Shown: positions 18,859-28,265 of the stretch, one piece after another | Layout of the letters: every line of letters begins with the position of its first letter | Position numbering within the stretch: the first letter of the stretch is position 1 | DNA from: Candidatus Zhuqueibacterota bacterium | Lineage (GTDB): Bacteria; Zhuqueibacterota; Zhuqueibacteria; Oceanimicrobiales; Oceanimicrobiaceae | Assembly: GCA_011775825.1 (NCBI GenBank) | Contig: JAABYK010000420.1 | Span: forward strand, 9,145 to 48,393 | Direction: 5' to 3' | DNA: 39,249 bases | The notes under the pieces: model-generated | What the model saw: the letters and a program-made list of their open reading frames with translations, nothing else | Told to the model about the DNA's origin: nothing | Databases searched by the model: none | Translations under genes and position numbers: made by a program

Positions 18859-19563
18859 ATGTCTGCCGTCAGTCCAAACTACGGTGCGGAATCTCTCAGA
18901 CTCGCGATTTCCTTCATTAGTATTCTCTTTGCCTTGGATAAATCTCTTCCATACAACGAATTAATCGCCAAATGTACCCAAAAATCGGAGGATTGGGATA
19001 AGACCTGGCGGGAGTTCGAAAACAGATACGGTAAGTTGATCCTAATTTATCTGCATCGGGAGTTTACACGATCTGGCGGAACAAAGTTCACCAAGCAAAT
19101 GAATGAGACCATCAAGGATTTACGACAAGATGTCTATATTAAACTATTGGCGAACAATGGGAGTGCGCTTAGGAATTTTAGAGGCGATAGTGAAACTTCG
19201 TTCCGGGCCTACCTTAATTCAATATCCATAAATGTTGTCAAAAACTACATTAAGTCCAAAATAAGCGAAAAGCGTGGCGCTGAATCGGTCATAAAAGATC
19301 TTGAGTTTCACCAACCTCAGACAACGAATACATCGGACGAACTTGAGGAAGAGTTTTTCAAGGAAAGTATCATCGAGAAATTGAGACAGTGTTATAAAAG
19401 CAGAAACATAGGTCGAGACTTGCTCATATTCAGACTCATCTGTTTTGAAGGACATTCGGCGGCGGAGATTCAATCCTCCTTCAACTTTGGTCTCAGCGTC
19501 AGCGGAATCGACACGCTGATCAGTCGAATGAAAAAAACCCTAAAAAAACTTTCGGATGACTAA
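18859..19563 (+). CDS. ECF-type sigma-70 family RNA polymerase sigma factor
   Basis: Region 2: DLRQDVYIKLLANNGSALRNFRGDSETSFRAYLNSISINVVKNYIK. Region 4 HTH: EGHSAAEIQSSFNFGLSVSGIDTLISRMKKTL. ATG 18859 or GTG 18799. Confidence 0.7.
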   Translation: MSAVSPNYGAESLRLAISFISILFALDKSLPYNELIAKCTQKSEDWDKTWREFENRYGKLILIYLHREFTRSGGTKFTKQMNETIKDLRQDVYIKLLANNGSALRNFRGDSETSFRAYLNSISINVVKNYIKSKISEKRGAESVIKDLEFHQPQTTNTSDELEEEFFKESIIEKLRQCYKSRNIGRDLLIFRLICFEGHSAAEIQSSFNFGLSVSGIDTLISRMKKTLKKLSDD

Positions 19564-19652
19564 GTTTTTTGGGAGAGAAGCACACTTAAAGTTGTCTATA
19601 CGAATGGTGCCCTGATTTATGCATATTGGAATTTAGATCGAGTCGACCCATA

Positions 19653-20777
19653 ATGAACAAAGAATCGTGCCTAAATTTTCAACAATTGATTCATTACGTC
19701 ATAAACAGGTCTGCGAAAGAATTTTCAGAGATCGAGCAGCACCTTGCGGCCTGCAAATCCTGTTTAGAAGAATTCAACTATCTTAATAAACTGTATGACA
19801 AATTAACTGAGAAGGGACGCTGGATGGAAACGGATTTTCAGACGAAAGAAGGGGAAATTCATGTATCAGATGAACTACGAGAGCGATATTTTCAAGGAAG
19901 TTTATCCCAATCTAAAATTGACACCATTCATAGACATTTGGCTGGATGCCCGGAGTGCTACAGAGAATTCACTTCTGTGTCCAGAGGGGCATCCTACGAA
20001 CTGAGCCCACAGGAGAAAGACCTCGTTGACCAAATTGAAGATGCCGAAGTCGACGACCGAGTGTCTGAATACAAATCAAATTTTAGACTGCCAAAGAAAG
20101 AAGGCAAGGATAAAAGGCTATTTCAGTTGATACCCGACGTTCGCTTGAGATGGGCTTCTGTGGCATTTGCGGTGCTTCTTTTCATTGCTTATTTTGGCTA
20201 TCCATTCGTTGCCAAGCAAATCACGTTCAATCAAGCTGAGCAAGCGTTTGCCGCACTTGAGAATAAAGTTAAGATCGCGGAGGATGATCTGCGACCTACC
20301 GGAGACTTTCAATTCACACGTATTGGCGCTGTCCGAGGTCGGTCGTCGCATGAGCGGTTGCTTTCGGATTTTGAATCGATTAGAAAAGCGGTTGAACTCG
20401 ATCCCCAGAGCGTGAAATTCAACCATTACGCCGGCACCGTGCATTTTTTTACCGGGAATCTTGACAAAGCAGAAGAATATTACTTAAAGGCACTTTCCCT
20501 GGACGAACGGAGAAATGCAGAAATATACAACGACCTTGCTCTGGTAGATGTAGAAAGAAACGACTTTCAACAGGCCAAAATGCACTTAGAAAGAGCGTTG
20601 GAGCTTAACCCCACACTTCCTGAAGCTCAGTACAATTTAGCCGTAATTGCGGAACAAATGGGCGAAACGGATGTTGCCATAAAGGCCTGGGAGAAGTATC
20701 TTAAACTGGATCCCGATCCGCAATCTGATTGGAACAAAGTGGCCCGAACACATCTGCAACAGTTACGAGAAAAATAG
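19653..20777 (+). CDS. Putative anti-sigma factor: two HxxxCxxC zinc-binding motifs, one TM helix, C-terminal TPR repeats
   Basis: HLAACKSC and HLAGCPEC motifs; TM WASVAFAVLLFIAYFGYPFV; TPR-like AEEYYLKALSLD..., AKMHLERALELNP..., AIKAWEKYLKLDP. Confidence 0.7.
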   Translation: MNKESCLNFQQLIHYVINRSAKEFSEIEQHLAACKSCLEEFNYLNKLYDKLTEKGRWMETDFQTKEGEIHVSDELRERYFQGSLSQSKIDTIHRHLAGCPECYREFTSVSRGASYELSPQEKDLVDQIEDAEVDDRVSEYKSNFRLPKKEGKDKRLFQLIPDVRLRWASVAFAVLLFIAYFGYPFVAKQITFNQAEQAFAALENKVKIAEDDLRPTGDFQFTRIGAVRGRSSHERLLSDFESIRKAVELDPQSVKFNHYAGTVHFFTGNLDKAEEYYLKALSLDERRNAEIYNDLALVDVERNDFQQAKMHLERALELNPTLPEAQYNLAVIAEQMGETDVAIKAWEKYLKLDPDPQSDWNKVARTHLQQLREK

Positions 20778-20786
20778 AACATACTT

Positions 20787-20918
20787 GTGGCCGAACGAAA
20801 ACGGGCTGATGCTGTCATTCCCGAGATCTTTATTCGGGAATCTCCTACCTAATTCCGGGAGATTCCGGCTCAAAACCATACCGAAATGACGTGCACTAAC
20901 GAGTTTTCCTTCAGCCAC
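20787..20918. repeat. MITE/REP-like palindromic repeat element, copy 2 (inverted relative to copy 1)
   Basis: Terminal inverted repeats gtggccgaacgaaaac / gttttccttcagccac. Internal hairpins attcccga/tcgggaat and aatctcc/ggagatt. The reverse complement aligns with 4122-4260 over almost its whole length (for example gaaaactcgttagtgcacgtcatt). Confidence 0.85.
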
Positions 20919-20941
20919 CCTTATAAAGTAAACAAATCAAC

Positions 20942-20973
20942 AGCCTTCATCTATTTGGATGAGGGCTTTTTTT
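20942..20973 (+). terminator. Rho-independent terminator after the anti-sigma gene
   Basis: 10-bp stem agccttcatc/gatgagggct (one G-U pair), 6-nt loop, followed by a T7 run. Confidence 0.75.
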
Positions 20974-20978
20974 ATTTC

Positions 20979-21007
20979 TTGACATTATTCAGGTTGTTAT
21001 TTAACTT
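20979..21007 (+). promoter_or_regulatory. Possible sigma-70-like promoter for rtcA
   Basis: TTGACA (20979-20984), 17-nt spacer, TAACTT (21002-21007), about 40 nt upstream of the rtcA ATG. The promoter consensus of this lineage is unknown. Confidence 0.3.
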
Positions 21008-21046
21008 TTTGGCATTCCAAGTCTTATCCACAATTCAGAGAATCAG

Positions 21047-22084
21047 ATGATCCTTATCGACGGAGCATTCGGTGAAGGCGGCGGGCAGATTCTACGGTCG
21101 TCCCTTACGCTCTCTGTCATTACCGGAAAGCCGGTTGCCATTCAAAACATTCGGGCGAATCGGCGGAAACCGGGACTGCAACCGCAGCATCTAAAAAGTG
21201 TGGAAGCGGCGGCCAGCATCTCCAACGCTCGTCTAACCGGCAATCAGTTGAGTTCTACAGAGTTAACCTTTGAGCCTTCAAGAATACACTCCGGCGAATA
21301 TCGCTTCGACATCGGCACGGCCGGATCCACCTCTTTGGTGCTGCAAACGGTTTTCCTGCCTTTGAGTTTGGCGGCCGATTCTTCGAAAGTCACCATCACA
21401 GGAGGCACACACGTACCCTGGTCGCCTTCCTTTCACTACCTGGAGTTACAGTGGCTGCCGAAGATGCAGCGCCTCGGATTTGACGCAGAGCTGAAGATGG
21501 AAGAAGCCGGGTTTTATCCGAAAGGCGGCGGGAAAATCGTTGCCGAAATCCATCCGGCTGAAAACATTTCCGGTCTGGTTCGTTTGGACCGGGGAGAGTT
21601 GAAGAAACTGTTTGGCATCTCAGCTTATGCAAATCTCAAACGTCAGGTCGCGGAACGACAATTGAACCAGGCCAAAGAGATTTTGGCGAATCGAGGCTTT
21701 GAGCCAATCATCGAGATTCGAAAGCTGTCGTCACCGGGTATCAACACCATGATGCTTATCCTGGGTGTCTTTGAGCATTCTCTCTGCTGTTACTTTTCAC
21801 TGGGCGCGCGCGGAAAACCCGCCGAAAAAGTGGCGACAGAAGCCGCGAACCAATTCCTGGCGTTCATGAACACATCCGGAGTATTTGATGAATATTTAGC
21901 CGATCAAATTCTGCTTCCGCTTGCGCTTACGAATCAGACATCCGAATTCCGTGTTCCCAAGATTACGCAGCATCTGTTAACCAATTCGGAGGTCATCAGA
22001 CAATTTACCGAGGCGTCGATTACCATTGACGGGGAATTGGGAGAAGAGGGCCTGGTTAAGGTTGTGGGACAAATGCGGACTTAA
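21047..22084 (+). CDS. rtcA: RNA 3'-terminal phosphate cyclase
   Basis: MILIDGAFGEGGGQILRSSLTLSVITGKPVAIQNIRANRRKPGLQPQHL is the conserved RtcA N-terminus, including the adenylylated-His context QHL. 345 aa. Confidence 0.93.
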   Translation: MILIDGAFGEGGGQILRSSLTLSVITGKPVAIQNIRANRRKPGLQPQHLKSVEAAASISNARLTGNQLSSTELTFEPSRIHSGEYRFDIGTAGSTSLVLQTVFLPLSLAADSSKVTITGGTHVPWSPSFHYLELQWLPKMQRLGFDAELKMEEAGFYPKGGGKIVAEIHPAENISGLVRLDRGELKKLFGISAYANLKRQVAERQLNQAKEILANRGFEPIIEIRKLSSPGINTMMLILGVFEHSLCCYFSLGARGKPAEKVATEAANQFLAFMNTSGVFDEYLADQILLPLALTNQTSEFRVPKITQHLLTNSEVIRQFTEASITIDGELGEEGLVKVVGQMRT

Positions 22085-22335
22085 CTGAGCAGGCTTTCAC
22101 AAGCCTATCCTCCAAATTAGTTTCACTGATGAAACACCGATTTATTGAACCTTTTTGCAAGTCTTAGTGGTTTATCAAGCCTAAATTTTGGGCGGCTTTC
22201 ACTCAACAAACGACATTTATAAGACATATTGTTGAAAGTAAAGAAATCCAAGCAACAAAGCATTAGCCATATTATCAAGTCTGCCGGGGTATTGGGAGCA
22301 GAGTAAGAAACGAAATAAAAATGGGAGGAGAACTT

Positions 22336-22788
22336 ATGTCGGATGATTTTGAAGCTTATGAACAGGCTTGTAAGAAAATCCGTGAATCAAATGAGAAATT
22401 GTTGTCGCAATTTGAAGACTGGTTATTAAAGAAAAATTTAGTTCCGAAAACAGTCGATAAACATATCGGCAACATTGACTTCTACATCAATGAGTTTCTA
22501 CTATATGAGGATGCCTTACAACCCGAACAAGGAGCGCACTCAGTGGATATGTTTCTTGGATATTGGTTCATTAAAAAAGCGATGTGGGCAAGTGAATCAT
22601 CCATAAAGAGTAACGCAGCAAGTTTGAAAAAATTTTACACCTTTATGCAGGAAATAGGGCGAATCGATGAGGAGGATTTAGAAGATTTAAAGACAACCAT
22701 TAAAGACAACATGAATGATTGGATAGCGACTTTAAGACGCTATGATGATCCTTCCATAACAAATATGGCAGACGTATGGGGATTATGA
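22336..22788 (+). CDS. Hypothetical protein; resembles a stand-alone integrase-type SAM-like (core-binding) domain
   Basis: GGAGG RBS 7 nt before ATG 22336. FEDWLLKKNLVPKTVDKHIGNIDFYINEFL resembles the N-terminal helical domain of tyrosine recombinases. No catalytic domain follows. Confidence 0.5.
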   Translation: MSDDFEAYEQACKKIRESNEKLLSQFEDWLLKKNLVPKTVDKHIGNIDFYINEFLLYEDALQPEQGAHSVDMFLGYWFIKKAMWASESSIKSNAASLKKFYTFMQEIGRIDEEDLEDLKTTIKDNMNDWIATLRRYDDPSITNMADVWGL

Positions 22789-22941
22789 TTGCCAAAGGAA
22801 TAAACAAAAGAAAGCAAAGCGATCCTTTAGTTCCTATAACTCTCATTGATCATGCTTGATAGCATAGAAACGGAGGGTTAGCTGTCAGCCCACTCAAGTA
22901 GAACGGGAGCCGCCAACCAACCCCTTATTCACTTAGTTAGC

Positions 22942-24489
22942 TCACACTTTCTTTGACATGGACTTGGCTTGCATGAATAGTAACAGATAATCTCGTCCAC
23001 CCGCTTTGGAATCCGTGCCCGACATGTTGAAGCCGCCAAAGGGATGTCCGCCGACCAAAGCGCCCGTACATTTCCGGTTGAAATACAAGTTGCCGACATG
23101 AAAAAGCTTTTTCGCTTTCTCAATCTTATCTTCATTTTTGGTGTACACAGAGCCTGTCAGGCCATACTCGGTGTCGTTGGCGATCTCCAGTGCGTGGTCA
23201 TAATCCCGCGCCTTGGTGACGGCAAGCACCGGGGCAAACACTTCTTCCTGTGCTAATCGCGCCTTGGAATCCACATCAGTGAAGATGGTGGGCTGAACAT
23301 AGTAACCTGAATCTGAGCCCTTTTCCCCGCCATAAATGAGGCGCCCCTCTTTTTTGCCAATGTCAATATACTTAAGTGTCTTATCCAGAGCAGCTTTGTT
23401 GATGACGGCTCCCATGTAGTTGTTTGGATCATCCACCGGTCCAATCGAAATTTTCTTGCTGCGTTCTTTTAGCTTCTCAACAAACTCGTCATAAATGGAT
23501 TCATCGACAATGGCTCGAGAACATGCAGAACATTTCTGGCCCTGATAGCCAAACGCGGAGACTGCAACGCCTTCGACTGCCTCATCCAGGTCGGCTTCCC
23601 GGTCCACGACAATTGCGTCTTTGCCGCCCATTTCAGCTATCACGCGTTTCAACCAGATCTGGCCGGGTTGGTGTTTGGCTGCCAATTCGTTTATGCGCAA
23701 GCCCACTTCCTTCGAACCTGTGAAAGCAATAAACCTGATCTTGGGATGAGAAACGATGTGGTCTCCGATGGTACCGCCGCTGCCGGGCATGTAATTCAAC
23801 ACCCCCGGCGGTAGCCCTGCTTCTTGGATGATTTCCAGGTACTTGTGACCAATGGTAGGCGAATCACTTGCTGGCTTAAGCAAAACACAGTTGCCTGTGA
23901 CGATAGCTGCGCTCGTCATCCCGGTTAAAATAGCCAGAGGAAAATTCCACGGTGGAATGACCGCTCCAACGCCCAAGGGGATGTAGATCAACTCATTCTC
24001 TTCGCCGGGAACGGGTGTGACCGGCTGTTCATCCGCATATCTCAGCATTTCGCGACCGTAGAACTCGAGAAAGTCAATGGCCTCCGCGGTATCGGCATCG
24101 GCTTCAACCCAATTCTTCCCGGTCTCGTGGATCATCCACGCATTCAGTTCGAATTGTCTTCGCCGCATCACTTCAGCCGCTTTGAACAAGAAATCCGCCC
24201 GTTTTTGGGGATACTCAAAACTCCAACTTTTGAACGTCTGTTGAGCTGCCTCGATGGCTTGATCGACTTCTTTCTTTCCCGCTTTGTGGAACGTTCCCAC
24301 AACTTCATCTTTCTTGCAAGGATTGTATGATTTCAGCAAATCTCCTGTCTCTACCTCTTTGCCACCGATGTAGAGCGGATAAATTCTGTCGAATTCACTT
24401 TTAACAGATTCTAGCGCTTCTTGCATTTTCGCTTTGTTTTCTGGTTTTGAGAAATCGGTCAAAGGATGATTTCTAAATTCGGAGACCAT
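22942..24489 (-). CDS. pruA: L-glutamate gamma-semialdehyde (1-pyrroline-5-carboxylate) dehydrogenase
   Basis: 515 aa. N-terminus [22 protein letters not shown]...[10 protein letters not shown] is typical of the Bacillus-type enzyme. Aldehyde dehydrogenase motifs [23 protein letters not shown]. Confidence 0.92.
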   Translation of the reverse strand: MVSEFRNHPLTDFSKPENKAKMQEALESVKSEFDRIYPLYIGGKEVETGDLLKSYNPCKKDEVVGTFHKAGKKEVDQAIEAAQQTFKSWSFEYPQKRADFLFKAAEVMRRRQFELNAWMIHETGKNWVEADADTAEAIDFLEFYGREMLRYADEQPVTPVPGEENELIYIPLGVGAVIPPWNFPLAILTGMTSAAIVTGNCVLLKPASDSPTIGHKYLEIIQEAGLPPGVLNYMPGSGGTIGDHIVSHPKIRFIAFTGSKEVGLRINELAAKHQPGQIWLKRVIAEMGGKDAIVVDREADLDEAVEGVAVSAFGYQGQKCSACSRAIVDESIYDEFVEKLKERSKKISIGPVDDPNNYMGAVINKAALDKTLKYIDIGKKEGRLIYGGEKGSDSGYYVQPTIFTDVDSKARLAQEEVFAPVLAVTKARDYDHALEIANDTEYGLTGSVYTKNEDKIEKAKKLFHVGNLYFNRKCTGALVGGHPFGGFNMSGTDSKAGGRDYLLLFMQAKSMSKKV

Positions 24490-24805
24490 TCTAACTCCTC
24501 CTGTTTAAAGCAGTAAGTGAATATTAGTTGACTAATATAAAGATAGATAATTTCCGACAATTTTTCAATAATATAATTTGATTATCTAATAATTAAACCT
24601 TAGTTTAGATGCTTACAAATCGATGCATGCCAAGCCCTTTTCTCTAAGCCAGCGCTGAAATGTTTTTGCGTGGTCCACCGTCAGAATAGAGCAGCGGGCC
24701 GGCAGCCAGATTTAAATCTCAAACAGTCCGTACGAGTTGAACTAAAAGAGACGCATTTAATAAGCTGATTTGTTGATTGACTGAATTGTCCAACATAATT
24801 CTTTC

Positions 24806-25891
24806 ATGTTTTTACTGATCCTTTATATTCTAATCGCGCTGGTTTTTTCGTTTATCTGTTCCATAGCGGAGGCGGTGTTGCTGAGTGTGCGCCCCTCCTT
24901 CATCGCGTCATTGGAGCAAAAGGGCAGGCGCACCGGCAAACTGCTTCGCAAGCTCAAGGATGATGTGGACCGTTCTTTGGCTGCAATTCTTAGTTTAAAC
25001 ACAGTTGCGCACACGATTGGCGCGGCCCTGGCAGGCGCACAGGCTGCGGTTGTGTTCGGAAGTGCCTATGTCGGCATCGCTTCGGCTATTTTGACATTGA
25101 TGATATTGATATTCTCAGAGATCATTCCCAAGACCCTGGGTGCCCTTTTTTGGCGTCAGCTTTCACATGTGGTTGCGCCGACCGTTCAATTTATGATTTG
25201 GGCGCTTTACCCTCTGGTCTTTTTGTCTGAGAAGCTTACCGACCTGCTTACCCGCGGGCGTCACACCACGGTCTTCAGCCGGGAAGAATTCGCGGCCCTG
25301 GCTGATTTGGGCGCTCAGTATGGCCAGCTTGAGGCGCTTGAGTCGCGCATCGTCAAAAATCTGTTGCGATTTAATGTCTTGAAGGTAGAAGATATTATGA
25401 CCCCACGCACTGTGGTCTTCGCCTTACAAGAGAATATGACCATTGACGAAGTACTCAAGAAATATCCAGAAATTAATTTTTCCCGTATCCCCATATATGA
25501 CAAAAATCTCGATCATATCACCGGCTTCGTTCTCAAAAGCGAGATCCTTTTGGCCCAGGCAAAAGACCAACATAATATGAAATTGCAAGAGCTCAAACGG
25601 GAGGGCAAGGCCATCCCGGCGACGGCTTCCCTGTCCACGTTATTTGAATTTCTACTGGACTCGCGAGAGCACATCGTGCAAGTGGTTGACGAATATGGCG
25701 GCATGGCAGGTATCGTGACATTGGAAGATATGGTCGAAACCTTGTTGGGCCTGGAAATTGTCGACGAAGCCGACAAGACGGTCGACATGCGTGCGTTGGC
25801 ACGCGCACGATGGCAGCAACGAGCAAAGCAATTGGGGCTGCCCACGGAAGAATATAAGAATACACAGTCAGGCGAAAACAAAGATAAGTGA
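24806..25891 (+). CDS. CNNM/DUF21 transmembrane domain plus CBS-pair protein (HlyC/CorC-type ion transporter family)
   Basis: N-terminal 4-TM DUF21 region (SEIIPKTLG) and two CBS motifs (VEDIMTPRTVVF..., IVQVVDEYGGMAGIVTLEDMVETLLG). No CorC_HlyC C-terminal domain is apparent. Confidence 0.85.
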   Translation: MFLLILYILIALVFSFICSIAEAVLLSVRPSFIASLEQKGRRTGKLLRKLKDDVDRSLAAILSLNTVAHTIGAALAGAQAAVVFGSAYVGIASAILTLMILIFSEIIPKTLGALFWRQLSHVVAPTVQFMIWALYPLVFLSEKLTDLLTRGRHTTVFSREEFAALADLGAQYGQLEALESRIVKNLLRFNVLKVEDIMTPRTVVFALQENMTIDEVLKKYPEINFSRIPIYDKNLDHITGFVLKSEILLAQAKDQHNMKLQELKREGKAIPATASLSTLFEFLLDSREHIVQVVDEYGGMAGIVTLEDMVETLLGLEIVDEADKTVDMRALARARWQQRAKQLGLPTEEYKNTQSGENKDK

Positions 25892-26245
25892 GGAGGGATT
25901 TCTCTTTGGCAAAAGAACCGGAGCGACACAGAGAGTTTTTTTGCTCTTGTTCCAGAACATGGGACTCTGGTAATGCTCTGGCATAGGAAGTCCGGCAGGT
26001 AAGTCAAATTGATTTTTGCATTGTGGACTCTGGGGTTCTCAGTGAACTCTGTGTCCCTTTTTAGATCCAATTCTGTGGGCGAAAAACTCTTTCCATTTTT
26101 GGTTCCGCCTTCGCCGGGTAAGATTATTCAGCTACATTTGAAGCACGGAGTTTCTCGCTACCCCAAGCAGAATGATTTGCAAAGGGTGTTTTCACACCTT
26201 TCATTCAATCTTTCCTAAATCCGCATAATCGTTAAGGAGGGCTTT

Positions 26246-26884
26246 ATGCTGAATTACATCTGGTTAGCGTTAATGATCATTGCCATCGTAGTAGGTGCGA
26301 TAAATGGAAAGTTGTCGGATGTGACCGAAGCGGCCTTTGATATGGCGGAAACGTCGGTTACAATCGCCTTTGGGTTGATTGGCATTATGGCTCTATGGTT
26401 GGGTATCATGAAAATTGCCGAGGACAGCGGCATGGTGAAAGTCCTGGCGAAAGCCATCAAACCCATTAGCAAGCGACTGTTCCCGGACGTCCCCTCGGAT
26501 CATCCGGCCATCGCCTCCATATTGCTTAATCTGAGCGCGAACTGGCTCGGTCTTTCGAATGCTGCCACTCCACTTGGTTTAAAGGCGATGGAGGATTTGC
26601 AGAAACTGAACGAAAAGAAAGACACGGCTTCAAATGCCATGGTTACCTTTTTGGCTCTCAACACCGCTGCCATCACTCTGATCCCGGCCACCATTATTGG
26701 CGTGCGTATCTCGCTGGAATCGAACAGCCCGCAGGCCATCATCGGGACGACGATTTTTGCTGGCGTCTGCGCGACCACCATCGCAATTATTGCGGCAAAG
26801 ATTTTGGAAAAGATTCCCATTTTCAATAAGGAATTGCAGGACACGGAATCGATATCAGAAGCACCCGAGGAACCTGAAAAATAG
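26246..26884 (+). CDS. spmA: Nucleoside-recognition (Gate) domain membrane protein SpmA
   Basis: MLNYIWLALMIIAIVVGAINGK...; AAGGAGG RBS; paired with spmB 10 nt downstream. Confidence 0.85.
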   Translation: MLNYIWLALMIIAIVVGAINGKLSDVTEAAFDMAETSVTIAFGLIGIMALWLGIMKIAEDSGMVKVLAKAIKPISKRLFPDVPSDHPAIASILLNLSANWLGLSNAATPLGLKAMEDLQKLNEKKDTASNAMVTFLALNTAAITLIPATIIGVRISLESNSPQAIIGTTIFAGVCATTIAIIAAKILEKIPIFNKELQDTESISEAPEEPEK

Positions 26885-26893
26885 GAGGCTTGC

Positions 26894-27436
26894 ATGAGCG
26901 AACTATTCAGTACTTTCATCACCAAAGTTTCCAACTTTGCCATCCCCGTGGTCTTGTTTGTCATCATTGGATTCGGATTCATTAAAAAAGTCAAGATCTA
27001 TGAGTCATTTGTGGAAGGCGCCAAGGGAGGGTTCGAGGTCGCTATTAAAATTATTCCGTATCTGGTAGCCATTTTGGTGGCCATCGGTATGTTTCGTGCC
27101 TCCGGTGCCATGGACTTTTTCATAAAATTGATTGCACCTGTCACGAATCTGATCGGCATGCCCGCCGAGGCGCTTCCGGTGGCGGTGTTGCGGCCGTTGT
27201 CCGGCAGCGGAACCTTAGGTTTGGTATCCGAAATCATGCAAACGCATGGCCCGGATTCTTTTGTCGGGCGACTGGTTTCAACGATGTATGGAAGTACGGA
27301 GACAACGTTTTATGTGCTTGCGGTCTATTTTGGTTCGGTAGGAATTAAAAAAACCCGGCATGCGGTTCCGGCCGGTCTCCTCGCTGATGCGGCAGGCATG
27401 TTGGGCGCGCTGTTCATTTGCAAACTTGTGTTCTAA
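26894..27436 (+). CDS. spmB: Spore-maturation-protein-B-like membrane protein SpmB
   Basis: 180 aa. IPYLVAILVAIGMFRASGAMD..., LRPLSGSGTLG, TTFYVLAVYFGSVGIKKTRHA. Confidence 0.85.
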   Translation: MSELFSTFITKVSNFAIPVVLFVIIGFGFIKKVKIYESFVEGAKGGFEVAIKIIPYLVAILVAIGMFRASGAMDFFIKLIAPVTNLIGMPAEALPVAVLRPLSGSGTLGLVSEIMQTHGPDSFVGRLVSTMYGSTETTFYVLAVYFGSVGIKKTRHAVPAGLLADAAGMLGALFICKLVF

Positions 27437-27514
27437 TTCTTTTGCAAAAGTTGGTTGTCTTGCTCAATCATATCAGGAAGGATCCAGGGTTTTGGCACAA
27501 AGTCATGCTCAGAT

Positions 27515-27851
27515 TCAGCAATCTCTTTGAAAGACTTCGACTGCTTTAGTTAGATAATCGCTGGTGACAATAATCTTTTGGTTCGGTTTGACTTTTCTTG
27601 AGTCTGTGATAGACTTCGCTGCCATCCATTCCCGGTAAGATGAGATCAAGTAGACGGAGATCGATTTCCTCCGCATGCTCCTGAAACACCTTGAGGGCAT
27701 TCTGACCATTATCAGCCAGGAGAACTTTAAATCCCTTCTTTTCGAATATGGTCTTTGCCAGGTCTCTCAAATCATCTTCATCATCAAGGATCAAAATCAC
27801 CCTGTCTTTTTTATCGGCACGTTTTCCTCCGTCAATGTTCTTAGGGTGCAA
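27515..27851 (-). pseudogene. Response-regulator receiver domain gene with a frameshift near its 3' end
   Basis: DRVILILDDEDDLRDLAKTIFEKKGFKVLLADNGQNALKVF..IDLRLLDLILPGMDGSEVYHRLKK then changes frame at the A4 run (plus-strand TTTT 27593-27596). It continues VKPNQKIIVTSDYLTKAVEVFQRDC in the 27515-27709 ORF. Confidence 0.6.
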
Positions 27852-28098
27852 GAGGATGGCTCAGGGATGGGAAGGTAAACACCAAAAACGGAGCCTTCCC
27901 CGGCTTCGACTGTACCTCGATTTTGCCCTGTTGGTTTCTGACCATGAGATTGGCCAAAGTGAGACCAATACCAGCCCATTCAGCGGATTTCTTGGTCGTA
28001 AAGAACGGGTCAAAGATTTTATGCAGATTTGCTTTTTTGATGCCACAACCCATATCCTTGATCCTAAAAATTTTGCGTTTTCTCTTGCGGTGGTTTCT
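27841..28098 (-). pseudogene. Histidine-kinase HATPase_c fragment (G1/G2-box region only)
   Basis: IFRIKDMGCGIKKANLHKIFDPFFTTKKSAEWAGIGLTLANLMVRNQQGKIEVQSKPGKAPFLVFTFP is the C-terminal half of an ATP-binding domain with a degenerate G2 box. An in-frame stop lies at 28099-28101, and no DHp/HisKA region is present upstream. Confidence 0.55.
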
Positions 28099-28265
28099 TC
28101 ATAGTTCAACTTCAGCAGAATTGGCAGGTGAAAAGTTCTGATAATTTCGAACTCCTTGTTTCATCAGTCAATCCGTGGCTAAAGCATCCTTAGCAGACCC
28201 AGTTCCCGACTCTGATCGACACAGGGTCGGAAATTGCTTTGAGTGTTCATTCAAACATGGATTTG

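Noticed and set aside
25513-26070. 185-aa minus-strand ORF overlapping the 3' end of the CNNM gene and the following intergenic region
   Set aside because: It is antisense to the CBS-domain region. Its translation is Ser/Arg/Cys-rich and non-protein-like.
26500-26994. 164-aa minus-strand ORF across the spmA/spmB junction
   Set aside because: It is antisense to two well-supported membrane-protein genes. Its hydrophobic appearance is the usual mirror effect of antisense reading of TM-coding DNA.
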